From Amphiscolops sp. MND2022 (lineage: Eukaryota): a stretch of 64,000 bases of DNA. A program made the translations under genes and the position numbers. The stretch is from assembly GCA_964187785.1 (NCBI GenBank), contig OZ076420.1, positions 15,934,001 to 15,998,000 of the forward strand, written 5' to 3'. The notes under the pieces were generated by a model. The model was not told the DNA's origin. It ran no database searches and was given only the letters and a program-made list of their open reading frames with translations. Shown here one piece after another: positions 34,975 through 49,853 of the stretch (its first letter is position 1; each line of letters opens with the position of its first letter).

Positions 34975-37900
34975 TTGCTCAATGACATCCCAGTCTCTAA
35001 ACACAAGCGCGAAGAGATAGCAAGGCAGAACGATGTAGCAATGCGACTCGCTAGGCAGAAGCAAGAGTTGGAATTTGAATTGCTTCACGAAGAAAATCGT
35101 AAACAACTAGCAGAAGCACATCTTGTGGAATTGGAACTTACAGAAGATCTCTCAGAAACAAACGCAGACTTTCAGGAATTCTTGTCACGCCTAAGCGGAG
35201 CGGGTGTAGCTGACGGGACGCGAAGGATTAAGGACTGGGTTGACAGTTCACCAACTGCAATTGATGTTGTCAATCTAACCGATGTAGTGAACTCTGTCGC
35301 CTCCACAACCCCAATAACGACAACTTCGACTGCGGAAGCACTTGTGCCAGAACCAATGCGAAAGCCGGCGCCAGCAATTTCAATTGAGCCAACAAGTGTA
35401 CACTCCTTTCCCAACGTCCTTCAGCGAAAAAGTGCAAATGGTGCAACACCAACCCCACCGATGATTGTCGTGCAACAACCACAACCGACCATGAAGGTAA
35501 CACAAGCAAGTACCGTCAACGCACCAGTCATAACACAATCTTTGCCAAAATTTACACGTACGTACGCGATGCCGACTAACCATCCCCTGCCAAATACGAC
35601 ATCCTGGACCTTTACCATCCGACCAGTTCAGCCGTTGACCTAAGTACCAACATTTGTTTTACCGTACCACCGAATTAACTGACACTGGCAACGAGCAAAC
35701 CAATTGCTCAGTCCCCGGATTGTACTGTTCCGACCATACCCGTAACGGAGGGAGGCACCGTCTACTGTGTACAACCAACTACTACATGTACCTCTGCTAT
35801 ACCGTTTGGAACCACGCCACCTGCAGCATCCCTCCGTCCAACGACAGCTACATTTATACCAACTGCAATGTCCACTTTGCCGCAACCAAGTACAAACGGC
35901 TTCTCCGTACAAGACTTAGCGTCAACCAGGAAGGACCACCTACCCGAATGCCAGTTGCACAGTACAGTGGCTACCCAAAGCAGTGGCATGAGTGGTTCGG
36001 TTGACCGACGATGTGAAATTGACGTACTTAAAGACTCTTGTGACAGGCAAAACCGAAACCGCTATCGCGGAATTCTCCTACTGCGGTGCGATGTACAAAG
36101 ATGCTCTCAAGACCTTGGAACGAAAGTGCGGGCAATCACAGGCTGTTGTATCCGATAAGTAATCCGGTAACTCAATTACCTTCAAGAACTCTGCAGCGCT
36201 TCATTGCTTGGCCAGGCACTGCAGACAATTCCACCCAATATGAAAGAGGCATGGTCACTACACACTATGGAGCCAGCATTGGATAGACCAACATTGATCG
36301 ATTTCAACGAATGGCCCTTGGACAAGGCGGAAGCCCACGAGCGTATGAAATCAACGTCTTCTAATGTGAATCCTTAAACTCTAGGCAATGTGAACGTTGT
36401 CAAAACCAAGACAGCATCAAAACCATTCGCTGTCACAACTTCGTCACATCGACAAACCAGCTTTTCGATAGCAAAACCTAAAATCTACTCTCAAAGTGTG
36501 CCGCGTGCGCAGAAGATCACCCACTTTGGAAACGCCTGACTTTCGGAAAAAAAGACACCGACAGAGAGAGCAAAACTGGTAACTCAAACTAAATTGTACT
36601 TTTCAGTTATTAGGCCAGTTCACTCGCTCAGACAGTACCCGCAACCCCGCAAGTGTACTAAAGAAGGATGTGGAAGTACACACAACACATTCTTACACGA
36701 TCGGAAAAAGTCTTCAAGAAGCAATCACAGTCCGGGAACCAAGCAGACACTAAAACATCTGACTGCATTGGGATCACTACTACCTGTGGACAATCAGTTG
36801 AAAGCTCAATTCTACCTTCCGTGGCTGACGTCAAAGGCTTGATAGCGGTGACTGAAATTGAACTGCCATCATCAGATAAGTCTGAGAAAACGTTTGCACT
36901 CTGTGATTCGGCTTCGGAGCCACTCCGGGGTCTCTTTTAAACTAGCAAAAAGATTGAATGTTCACGGCCGACCAACCAAGCTAACGGTCCACGGTATCAA
37001 CTCGAACCAACTCATAGAAATGCACATGGTGGAGCTCAAGTTGACACCTGTTCTTTCGGGTGACTCGTGATCGCCGTTCACTGACGACTTAATGTCAGGA
37101 AAAATCTTAACGAGGGAACCGACGTTATTGATGTCGATTCTTTGAAAACAAAGTACCCTAACCTCGAACCGATCTCTTTGACACAATACAGTCACGCTGA
37201 CGTGGAAATGATCCTCGGTCAGGATGTGTTCAGCTTAATACGCCCACTGGAGAATCTTGATGCCAACCGTGAGAACACCCCAGTTGCCGTCGTCTTACCG
37301 TTGGGCTGGGTATTGAGTGATCCACGTCCATCGTCCTCAGGTTTCGTTTCTACCTGTCTCAAAACCGTTGCCTGTAACCAAAGTCTCGACACCGAACTAG
37401 TCGACCAAACCTGCAGCTGGTACGATATGGTGTCGTACGGAGGGTATAAACAAAAAGACTCCCTTTCCGCATCCGATGTGAGAGCGACCAGGTTACTTGA
37501 AGAAACAACCCACCACGATGGTTACCGATACCAAGTGGGAAAACCGATGAAGTAGAGTTGAAATCATTAGAACGGCGTCTCAGTAAAGAACCCGGACTGA
37601 AACAACATTACTACAAAACTATCCAAGACGACTTGGCAAAGGGTTATATTGTTCCAATCGACAAATTTGAATGTTTCAAAGTGGACAACAACCACGAGTG
37701 GTACTTGCCGCACCACCCTGTAGTTCACATGCATCAAGCCGCCAAAGTTCGAAGAGTGCTCATTGGAGCTTCAAAGTTCCAAGGTCATTCTCTGAATAAT
37801 GGATTTCTAACCGGTCCCGACTTGTTACAGAGTCTGATCCACATACTTCTTCGGTTTCGCCAGCACAAGTATGCTGTGTCTGCCGACATCGAAGGACTGT

Positions 37901-39205
37901 TCCGCCAAATTTGGGTCATTCAAAAAGACCAACTATCACCTCGTTTTCTTTGGCGCGAAGATCCTGCCTCCCAAATTGCTGTGTACCAGTTTTTTTCGGC
38001 ATAAAATTGGATCAAAAGACTCTCCCACCTGTGCGAACTATGCACTAAAACGCACTGCGACAGACAACCAGACCGACTACCCCGGAGCAGCCGAGAGTGT
38101 CCATCGTAACTTCTAAATGGACGACTACCTAGAATCGAGCTCCACGATTGGAGAAGCAGCCAAGAAAGCGAAAGCTTTGGTTAAACTACTCGAAAGAGGC
38201 AGATCCAGGTTAACAAAGTTCGTATCCAATGTTCCTGAAATCCCTAATGATCTCGAACCTACTTGTAAACCATCGTCGACCGCGGTAAAGATCATACCGA
38301 AGACCGGGGATTCTTCCCATGTTTTGGGAATGAAATGGAACCACTTGTCAGACAGTCTCGTAGTTAGTCGCGGGACAAGTACGGATATCAATCGAACTTT
38401 AGCACAAAAGATCATCCTAAGCCTTGTGCCCGCTGTGTATGACCCGATAGGCCTCGTCGCACCCTACACAGTGTCGGCACGGATATTGCTGAAAGATATC
38501 CGGCGACTACATGGTCAACAGTGGGGCGACAACCTGCCCGGGGAAACAGTAACCAAGTTTAACGAATGGAGCAAAGATCTAGCGAAACTGAGTCAAATCG
38601 AAATCCCGCGCAGCTACTTCGAGGGACCATTCACAGCGTTGGAACTGCACATGTTTGGCGACAGTTTGCAAGACATCTTCACCCCAGTTGCCTTTCTTCA
38701 AGCAAAAGTGACAACCCAACATACATGGAAGCCGTACCGAATTAGCCTTCGTCTTCGGAAAAGCCAGAGTGGCTCCAATGAAAGCTGTTACCATTCCAAA
38801 ACTCGAGTTGCAAGCTTCATTACTTGCCTCGCGCCTCCGGAAAGATATCCAAAGCGCACTTACTCTCCGAATCTAAAAAACTTTTATGTAGACGGACAGC
38901 ACAACCGTCCTTCAATGGCTTCATTCAGTCGAAAAACAACCTGTTTTCATTGCCAACAGTGTGGCCGAGATTTTAGATCAGACAACAGTCGACGAATGGA
39001 ATTATGTCCAAACGTGCGACAACCCCGCGGATGCCGGTACAAGTGGACTACCAGCCAGCGCCCTCTGCGACAGCCCCTGAACACCGACTTTCCATTCCAG
39101 ACGTCAAACGAGATCCAGCTAAGACTAAAAGGCAACAAAGCAGATGCTAAAACATCGGATCAAGTAGACATTGAGACAACCGCAATGGCAGCTGTGACCA
39201 CGACA
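34975..39205 (+). mobile_element. Degenerate BEL/Pao internal region, unit 2
   Basis: Same motifs and same disabling lesions as unit 1. Confidence 0.93.
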
Positions 39206-42200
39206 ATAGTCAATGAAGACAATTTATTCAGTAAGTTCAAAAATTGTACCAACTACTTTAGCCACGTGAGATTGGCAAGTAATTCAAGTCAAGTAGTCTA
39301 GAATTTGATCTTGGGACCAGTTGAGTCAAGCTGACGCAAGACATTATAGGTCCCGATTTGCCGAAAGAATCAGGAACAGCCAAGAACAACCAATGAAGAT
39401 GCATCACAATGGAAGACTGCCCACAATCAGCGGACCAACAATTGCAACTGAATGAACAGAACATACAAACCGAGAGAAAGCTGAAAGTGCATGTGAGAAA
39501 GGAGGTACAGAAACGTTAAACATTTCGACGATGAGAAGACGATCTAAACTGAAAATTGACTAAAAAAACTGTTTTTTTAGAACCATTCCTTTACAACTAA
39601 AATCATCGGACCGAAAGTACTTATATGCTTGAAAAGGGTACATATGGCACATCACGAGACTTGTGTGGCCCAGTGAGACTAAATGCACAACATTTCGACG
39701 ACGAGAAAACGATCAAAACTGAAATATACCTACAAAACCTGTTTTTTGGGTACCATTTCTGAAATACTGAGATCAACGGACCGAAAGTCTTTATATGGTT
39801 GAAAACGGTACATATGGCACATCTGTGTACTAAAAGTGCAAATTTGGTAATCCGTCAAACACGAAAATACGTACACATTATCTTAAAAACGTATAGGGCT
39901 CAAATTTTTGGCTAAAACGGAGTATGACTAGACCCAACAGTAACGTTGTAGGCATTTTCAAGCTTTCCGAGTGAAAAACTAACTCAAACATAGCGAGTTC
40001 AGGTACTAAAAGTAGTTTTTTTGGTAATCTGTCAAACTCGACACAGAGGCGAAGCCGTGCTTCGCAAACACTTGCAAAAAAGTTGGGAACGTTTGAAGAA
40101 AACCAAATAAGCAATATCATACGGAGAACCAAGGGTAAAAGGACATTGTTACAATTTTACAGCGCCAAAAAAAACCACGGGGATACGCATAAATCTCGAA
40201 AACCATTCCTCCCCAACTGGAAACAGCAAAAAACCCATCACTTTCAACCGAATACCTTTCAAAAATTAGAAAATTGAGGAATTTTTTTTCGAAATTTTTC
40301 GAAAAAAATTTTTGGTCTCCGGTAAGTCGCATAGTGCCGAAAACCTTGAGCAGTCGTTTATGCTCGCAAAACGTTTCGTTTCTAGTAAAAATTGAGGGGG
40401 GCTTTGATGGAAACAAATTAGACAAAAAGAAAAAACACCGGTCTTTACAAAAAACAAAAATCGGATATAGAGTGTTGGGCCTGAGAAAACCTACATTTAA
40501 GACAAAAGTTATTCATTTTCAAAAATCTCACAATGCCGAAAACTGTAAAAGGGGGCTCTTTGAGATTTTTAAACATCCATTCTTTTGCGAAATTTGAAAA
40601 AAAAATTGAAGGGGGACCCTTTGGAGACTTTGAAAAATTTTCAAAAAAACAAAAAAATGAAAATTTTTAACATCATCGTTCTGTTGCACATAAACAAAAA
40701 AATTGAAGGGAGGAACCTCTGGGGACATTTAAAAATTTTCGAAAATAAGTCTCAAAAAGCCGAAAAGGGGGGGAGACTCCCCAGTCTTATTGTCGAAAAA
40801 AGTGAGAATCTTCTGCTTAAAAAAATGTTAAAAAATTAGCGCAAAGGCACGGGTTCGAACCCGGACCCTCTGGGTTGAAAAGCAAGCATCTTACCGCTAG
40901 ACCAAAAAAGTCTGAATTATGCGACTTGCGGTCTGAAATGAGAGCGTTGTCGCGCGGAAAAAAACTTGCACTTTCCCATAACACTTGCTTATCGCAAGTG
41001 TAAAAAGACGTACACATCACATTTAAAACGTATAGGGATCAAATTTTTGGCTATAGCCGAGTATAAATAGGCCCAACAGTAGGAAGGCAATTTCAAGCTT
41101 CCCGAGTGAAAAACTTACTCAAACATAGCGAATTTTGGTACTAAAAGTGTAGTTTTTTTTGGTGACCTGTCAAACTCTAAAAGACATACACATCAACTGA
41201 AAGTCTGGCTGATGCACTCACAACAGCCGTCAACGTTTTTACTTTCAAAGAAAAAATAAAACTTACAAAATCAAATAAACCTTGGTTTGACAAAGATCTA
41301 AAAAAAGCATAATCCGACGAAATTTCGCGTTTAACAGATACAAGCGATATCGCACTCCGTCTAACAAAACTAAATACACAACATCGATTCAAACCACACA
41401 TACACCTTACGCACACAACTTCACAACTGAGTTGAATCAGTGTTAGTTGGTTCGAACTAGGGCAACGGGGTGGTGATCTGATGTTCACATACATATCACA
41501 ACACAACACGCCACAACACAGTTCTGATCATCAACTCAAGAGATAGAGTTAATAGAGTAGTAGCAGTATGAGTTAGGTTAGTCACTACCACATTTCAGCT
41601 CAGCTGAGCATTCTCGTTCGTTTTTCATTTGTCGACACTTTTCGCGGAATATGCATGTGCAAAATTAAACTCGGATGGATTTTCAGTAGTTTATTTTGAA
41701 ATAGATATCTAAACTCTTGCTAAAGTGGGAATATCTTTTAGATAACTTGATGTTCCTCAATCTTGTGAAGCCACAAGGAAGTTTAGTGACTGTTAACTGG
41801 GATGGCCAATTTGTTTCCGAAGACAATTATATTACTAACTATTGCTTTTCTGCAATTTATAAAAAAGTTTGAATCTAAGCAGTTCTTCTACAGCGGTCAA
41901 TACCTCACCGTTTGACAACTAAGCTTTCAAACTAAGCAGTTCTTCTACAGCGGTCAATACTTCTTCTTCTTCTTATGGTAGTCAACCCGACGGGGTTCCC
42001 ATCTGTTGTCCACAGCTCCTGAGATGTCTTCGGAGGTTTGTTGCAGCCTGCGGTACTTTACAAGAAGGGCATCGGTCAATACCTCACAGGAAAACAAAAC
42101 TTCGTCATGTGCAATACTTTTATTACACGTATTACACTACGACTGTCATACTACGACAAAATTCTATATACAATAGTACCAAAATATTCATAATTGATTC

Positions 42201-42258
42201 ATGAAAAAAATATTCATAATATTCATAAAATGAAAAACAGGGAATACAATCAATGTTT

Positions 42259-42299
42259 ATTCTGAGCGCTTTCGCACAATATGTGCATCATCAGAGAAT
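42259..42299 (-). ncRNA. Minimal hammerhead motif (unit 3, minus)
   Basis: Identical to unit 1. Confidence 0.75.
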
Positions 42300-42820
42300 C
42301 ATATAACCTGAAATGGTCGTCATCATTGCAAACCAGTTAAAACATAAATAAACAAACAACATAAAAAAGCAACAGAAATAGAACATGGCTATGTACTAAT
42401 CTCGCCGATTTAAACCGGAACAGAGAAAAGTGTCGATCACAACTTCAGGGTGAGCTGCCGCTGCCTGTATTCTTCGCGTTGGTTCAATTTCAGTTGTCTT
42501 CTTGCGATATACAGGGTGTTGCGTAACAAATAAAATCTGAATGAAAAGCATGAGTCAGTTTTTTGATGTAGTAAAACAAACAAAGGTTGCTTTTTAAAAT
42601 TGTTCCCGCAAACTGAGAATTGGTGAATGGATTTTTCGGCCAAACAATACAAAAAAGGGTTTGCTATCTTGAAACCTGATATATACATTGTTGATTGTAT
42701 TATTGACTACTCCCTTTCTTCTTGTTACGAACTGTATTAACCAATCGAATTTACAGTTTCTTTACAGGGCCTCAAGTGTTAGTAATCATTTCAATGATGA
42801 CGACCATCTCAGGTTATATG

Positions 42821-42861
42821 ATTCTCTGATGATGCACACATTGTGCGAAAGCGCTCAGAAT
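42821..42861 (+). ncRNA. Minimal hammerhead motif (unit 3, plus)
   Basis: Core intact; loop variant CAU shared with unit 2. Confidence 0.75.
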
Positions 42862-42973
42862 AAACATTGATTGTATTCCCTGTTTTTCATTCTGCGGGTA
42901 TCAATGTTACTACCAACATCACTTTGGAGGAAGATATTACTGCAAAGAGACATTTGGAATATTCATAAAAGAT

Positions 42974-45276
42974 TCATAAATGAGGAAGCGATGGAAGCGA
43001 GTCCATTATTGAGGCTCGTTTGGCGGCATCCAGTGGTCGGTAGACATGAATGATCCTAAACATAAAATTGACGTTTTGTTAATATCCGATCGCTATATGC
43101 CACTTAAAATACATTTTTGAAACATTTTGATGCATTTCTGAAAAACTTCAGATTAAATATATACGGGAGCAAAATATTGTTTTTGAAATAAAAAGCGCAT
43201 TTCGTTGTAATTTTCGACAGAAAGTTAGACGCGAACGTTACTTACACGCTCCGGACCATGAACCATGCAATGACCATTGCATCCACTGAAAACTTTCGCT
43301 CGTTTTCGATCGCGAAAGCTTGCAAGAATAAGCCTTTCAAATTGGCTTTTTCAGCATCATCGTTCAAAGTTTGAAGACTGCTGTGACTCTCGCGAAGTTG
43401 TTGCAGCCGCGAAAATCTGGCGAACTGAATTTGGTACACAGGTTTCTTCTTCAGTTGCCGCGATTGTGAACTAAGTAGAAAACAGCAAATGATGACCCAT
43501 AAACTGCGCTTCATTAATAAAAACACTTTGGAACTGTCAGAATCGGGTAAATTATGTGATTTGTCACTTACATATTGAATCCTTCGATGTGGTCTCCCTC
43601 CCCGACCAGCTGTAAGAGCTCTGCCAACAAATACCGTGCAAGGGGTAGTTTGCAAGTCCTCTTGTCCGGACTTTTCTGAAGGATTAGTGCCTTCCACAGA
43701 TTCACCCCCCAAGCAAATTCCTCGTCAGCAACTGATTGCATGGGTGGAAGAACGGGTGCACAGCTGGAAGAACTGGTAGCAGAGGTACTGGTGGCAACCT
43801 AAACATAAAATATCTATATCAACAAAATTGAAAACACGCAGATTTTCTGTATTCGGTGCAATATATATTCTGTATTCAGATATTCAGATATTCTGCAATA
43901 TCTGTATTCGGTGCAGAGTGGCGGCAGAAATCGGATATCAACAAATTGACAGTTGACCCCATGGATGGCTGGGCAGTGGGCACTTTTACTTACATTTGTG
44001 TTGATCTCGATACTGCACTGGACTTGTGGACTGGTACTAGTATTAGCAAATTCCTCGTCAGCAACTGATTGCAGGGGTGGAAGAACGGGTTCACATGTCG
44101 AAGAACTGGTAGAGGTACTGATGTCAACCTAAACATAAAATATCTATAACAAAATTGAAACCACGCAGATTTCCATTTTCTGTATTCGCTGTATTCGGCG
44201 AAGAAGGCTGTTTTTTTAATTTTCAGAAAATGACGGCCAGCTTCTTGTTTTTTGAACGCAGAGTGGCGGTGTAAATCGGATATCAACAAATTATTTTATT
44301 GAAATTTTACTTCGCTGGCTCTGAAGGCAAGGTGTTTTTCCAAGTCCCTCTGATAATCGTCCGGGGTCAACAATCGGGCCTTGTAGACAATCGTAACACC
44401 AGCTTCTGTCCAAGGTATTAGAACATGGTCGTTTCCACACACGTTGTTAATTTCGCTGAGCCGCCGCATTCCAGTGGTATCGACCATCTCGTGAAGGGCA
44501 AACATCCCCGGATCGCCCGCACACGTCTCTGACAAATCCTCAGTGTATCTGATGATCAAATTCACAGTCTTTTTCTTGGGGCTCTAAACATATATCATTG
44601 ATAGTATGATATCCAACAAAATTGAACATTAATCACTCAGATTTCCCTTTTTTGTATTCGGCGAAGAAGGCTGTTTTTTAATTTTCAGATGCTGACGCCC
44701 AGCTTCTTGTTTTTCGAAAGAAGAGTTGCGGTAGAAATCATCATCAACATTACTTTATTGAAATTTTCGGATACGACAGAGTACCGACAAAAACATACGT
44801 GACTTGGAAAAGGAATGTCAAAGAAAACGTACCTCAAGAAAGAGCACAACGTTCGTGAAAGATGGCATTCCATCAGTCACACTCGTTTCCCTGACGTACA
44901 GGGGTCGTTTTGCTGGATAAGCCGACAACGAGAAAGCACCAGCTGGGACGTCCATTGGAACTGCGACCATTTTGACAAGATGATTCTGAAAAGACGGTGA
45001 ATATGAAAATAGGCGAATATGAAAATCGGTGAATATGAATCAGGGACTGGAAATTATTAATTGCACTTATAATTTTCTAAAAAACGAAAAAAAAATAATT
45101 AATTTTAATTGTAAATTCCTTCCAATTAATTGCAACAATTGTAAATTCAGAACAAATCACTCATCATCAATTATGGCATTTGCAGTATCAACTGACCACA
45201 ATTCAGAATTAGCATACAAAAACAATTGCTCTTCAAAATGCAAAGGTGACAAGTTCTCCCGATATTCTGGATCCAT
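42974..45276 (-). CDS. Orphan gene, copy 3
   Basis: Same exon structure at about +21405; splice dinucleotides retained. Confidence 0.78.
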
Positions 45277-45622
45277 CTTTGGAAATTGTAGGATAATTGA
45301 GAACGTAGTCGCATGAAATGTTAAATTATCCAATAAATTGATTTCGAATTTTTCACAATTGAATAATTTATACTGCAAATCGAAAAACATCACAACCTTG
45401 CCTTTGTCGGTCTGCCTTTGTCGGTCTGCCTTTGTCGGTCTGCCTTTGTCGGTCTGCCCTAATCGGCCTTTGCGTGGCTGCTCTCAAAGCTTGTTCTTCT
45501 GTGATGTCTTGTGATGTCTTGTGATGAGGCCTTGATGACAGCGTACACAAAGAACGATCAATTACTTGAACCAGCCATGAAAACTGTCAACCTCCCGTCA
45601 GTCACGTCAGATCTCGGAAAAA

Positions 45623-48600
45623 TTGCTCAATGACATCCTAGTCTCTAAACACAAGCGCGAAGAGATAGCAAGGCAGAACGATGTAGCAATGCGACTCGCT
45701 AGGCAGAAGCAAGAGTTGGAATTTGAATTGCTTCACGAAGAAAATCGTAAACAACTAGCAGAAGCACATCTTGTGGAATTGGAACTTACAGAAGAGCTCT
45801 CAGAAACAAACGCAGACTTTCAGGAATTCTTGTCACGCCTAAGCGGAGCGGGTGTAGCTGACGGGACGCGAAGGATTAAGGACTGGGTTGACAGTTCACC
45901 AACTGCAATTGATGTTGTCAATCTAACCGATGTAGTGAACTCTGTCGCCTCCACAACCCCAATAACGACAACTTCGACTGCGGAAGCACTTGTGCCAGAA
46001 CCAATGCGAAAGCCGGCGCCAGCAATTTCAATTGAGCCAACAAGTGTACACTCCTTTCCCAACGTCCTTCAGCGAAAAAGTGCAAATGGTGCAACACCAA
46101 CCCCACCGATGATTGTCGTGCAACAACCACAACCGACCATGAAGGTAACACAAGCAAGTACCGTCAACGCACCAGTCATAACACAATCTTTGCCAAAATT
46201 TACACGTACGTACGCGATGCCGACTAACCATCCCCTGCCAAATACGACATCCTGGACCTTTACCATCCGACCAGTTCAGCCGTTGACCTAAGTACCAACA
46301 TTTGTTTTACCGTACCACCGAATTAACTGACACTGGCAACGAGCAAACCAATTGCTCAGTCCCCGGATTGTACTGTTCCGACCATACCCGTAACGGAGGG
46401 AGGCACCGTCTACTGTGTACAACCAACTACTACATGTACCTCTGCTATACCGTTTGGAACCACGCCACCTGCAGCATCCCTCCGTCCAACGACAGCTACA
46501 TTTATACCAACTGCAATGTCCACTTTGCCGCAACCAAGTACAAACGGCTTCTCCGTACAAGACTTAGCGTCAACCAGGAAGGACCACCTACCCGAATGCC
46601 AGTTGCACAGTACAGTGGCTACCCAAAGCAGTGGCATGAGTGGTTCGGTTGACCGACGATGTGAAATTGACGTACTTAAAGACTCTTGTGACAGGCAAAA
46701 CCGAAACCGCTATAGCGGAATTCTCCTACTGCGGAGCGATGTACAAAGATGCTCTCAAGACCTTGGAACGAAAGTGCGGGCAATCACAGCCTGTTGTATC
46801 CGATAAGTGTTCCGGTAACTCAATTACCTTCAAGACCTCTGCAGCGCTTCATTGCTTGGCCAGGCACTGCAGACAATTCCACCCAATATGAAAGAGGCAT
46901 GGTCACTACACACTATGGAGCCAGCATTGGATAGACCAACATTGATCGATTTCAACGAATGGCCCTTGGACAAGGCGGAAGCCCACGAGCGTATGAAATC
47001 AACGTCTTCTAATGTGAATCCTTAAACTCTAGGCAATGTGAACGTTGTCAAAACCAAGACAGCATCAAAACCATTCGCTGTCACAACTTCGTCACATCGA
47101 CAAACCAGCTTTTCGATAGCAAAACCTAAAATCTACTCTCAAAGTGTGCCGCGTGCGCAGAAGATCACCCACTTTGAAAACGCCTGACTTTCGGAAAAAA
47201 AGACACCGACAGAGAGAGCAAAACTGGTAACTCAAACTAAATTGTACTTTTCAGTTATTAGGCCAGTTCACTCGCTCAGACAGTACCCGCAACCCCGCAA
47301 GTGTACTAAAGAAGGATGTGGAAGTACACACAACACATTCTTACACGATCGGAAAAAGTCTTCAAGAAGCAATCACAGTCCGGGAACCAAGCAGACACTA
47401 AAACATCTGACTGCATTGGGATCACTACTACCTGTGGACAATCAGTTGAAAGCTCAATTCTACCTTCCGTGGCTGACGTCAAAGGCTTGATAGCGGTGAC
47501 TGAAATTGAACTGCCATCATCAGATAAGTCTGAGAAAACGTTTGCACTCTGTGATTCGGCTTCGGAGCCACTCCGGGGTCTCTTTTAAACTAGCAAAAAG
47601 ATTGAATGTTCACGGCCGACCAACCAAGCTAACGGTCCACGGTATCAACTCGAACCAACTCATAGAAATGCACATGGTGGAGCTCAAGTTGACACCTGTT
47701 CTTTCGGGTGACTCGTGATCGCCGTTCACTGACGACTTAATGTCAGGAAAAATCTTAACGAGGGAACCGACGTTATTGATGTCGATTCTTTGAAAACAAA
47801 GTACCCTAACCTCGAACCGATCTCTTTGACACAATACAGTCACGCTGACGTGGAAATGATCCTCGGTCAGGATGTGTTCAGCTTAATACGCCCACTGGAG
47901 AATCTTGATGCCAACCGTGAGAACACCCCAGTTGCCGTCGTCTTACCGTTGGGCTGGGTATTGAGTGATCCACGTCCATCGTCCTCAGGTTTCGTTTCTA
48001 CCTGTCTTAAAATCGTTGCCTGTAACCAAAGTCTCGACACCGAACTAGTCGACCAAAGCTGCAGCTGGTACGATATGGTGTCGTACGGAGGGTATAAACA
48101 AAAAGACTCCCTTTCCGCATCCGATGCGAGAGCGACCAGGTTACTTGAAGAAACAACCCACCACGATGGTTACCGATACCAAGTGGGAAAACCGATGAAG
48201 TAGAGTTGAAATCATTAGAACGGCGTCTCAGTAAAGAACCTGGACTGAAACAACATTACTACAAAACTATCCAAGACGACTTGGCAAAGGGTTATATTGT
48301 TCCAATCGACAAATTTGAATGTTTCAAAGTGGACAACAACCACGAGTGGTACTTGCCGCACCACCCCGTAGTTCACCTGCATCAAGCCGCCAAAGTTCGA
48401 AGAGTGCTCATTGGAGCTTCAAAGTTCCAAGGTCATTCTCTGAATAATGGATTTCTAACCGGTCCCGACATGTTACAGAGTCTGATCCACATACTTCTTC
48501 GGTTTCGCCAGCACAAGTATGCTGTGTCTGCCGACATCGAAGGACTGTTCCGCCAAATTTGGGTCATTCAAAAAGACCAACTATCACCTCGTTTTCTTTG

Positions 48601-49853
48601 GCGCGAAGATCCTGCCTCCCAAATTGCTGTGTACCAGTTTTTTTCGGCATAAAATTGGATCAAAAGACTCTCCCACCTGTGCGAACTATGCACTAAAACG
48701 CACTGCGACAGACAACCAGACCGACTACCCCGGAGCAGCCGAGAGTGTCCATCGTAACTTCTAAATGGACGACTACCTAGAATCGAGCTCCACGATTGGA
48801 GAAGCAGCCAAGAAAGCGAAAGCTTTGGTTAAACTACTCGAAAGAGGCAGATCCAGGTTAACAAAGTTCGTATCCAATGTTCCTGAAATCCCTAATGACC
48901 TCGAACCTACTTGTAAACCATCGTCGACCGCGGTAAAGATCATACCGAAGACCGGAGATTCTTCCCATGTTTTGGGAATGAAATGGAACCACTTGTCAGA
49001 CAGTCTCGTAGTTAGTCGCGGGACAAGTACGGACATCAATCGAACTTTAGCACAAAAGATCATCCTAAGCCTTGTGCCCGCTGTGTATGACCCGATAGGC
49101 CTCGTCGCACCCTACACAGTGTCGGCACGGATATTGCTGAAAGATATCCGGCGACTACATGGTCAACAGTGGGACGACAACCTGCCCGGGGAAACAGTAA
49201 CCAAGTTTAACGAATGGAGCAAAGATCTAGCGAAACTGAGTCAAATCGAAATCCCGCGCAGCTACTTCGAGGGACCATTCACAGCGTTGGAACTGCACAT
49301 GTTTGGCGACAGTTTGCAAGACATCTTCACCCCAGTTGCCTTTCTTCAAGCAAAAGTGACAACCCAACATACATGGAAGCCGTACCGAATTAGCCTTCGT
49401 CTTCGGAAAAGCCAGAGTGGCTCCAATGAAAGCTGTTACCATTCCAAAACTCGAGTTGCAAGCTTCATTACTTGCCTCGCGCCTCCGGAAAGATATCCAA
49501 AGCGCACTTACTCTCCGAATCTAAAAAACTTTTATGTAGACGGACAGCACAACCGTCCTTCAATGGCTTCATTCAGTCGAAAAACAACCTGTTTTCATAG
49601 CCAACAGTGTGGCCGAGATTTTAGATCAGACAACAGTCGACGAATGGAATTATGTCCAAACGTGCGACAACCCCGCGGATGCCGGTACAAGTGGACTACC
49701 AGCCAGCGCCCTCTGCGACAGCCCCTGAACACCGACTTTCCATTCCAGACGTCAAACGAGATCCAGCTAAGACTAAAAGGCAACAAAGCAGATGCTAAAA
49801 CATCGGATCAAGTAGACATTGAGACAACCGCAATGGCAGCTGTGACCACGACA
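45623..49853 (+). mobile_element. Degenerate BEL/Pao internal region, unit 3
   Basis: Same motifs and lesions as unit 1. Confidence 0.93.
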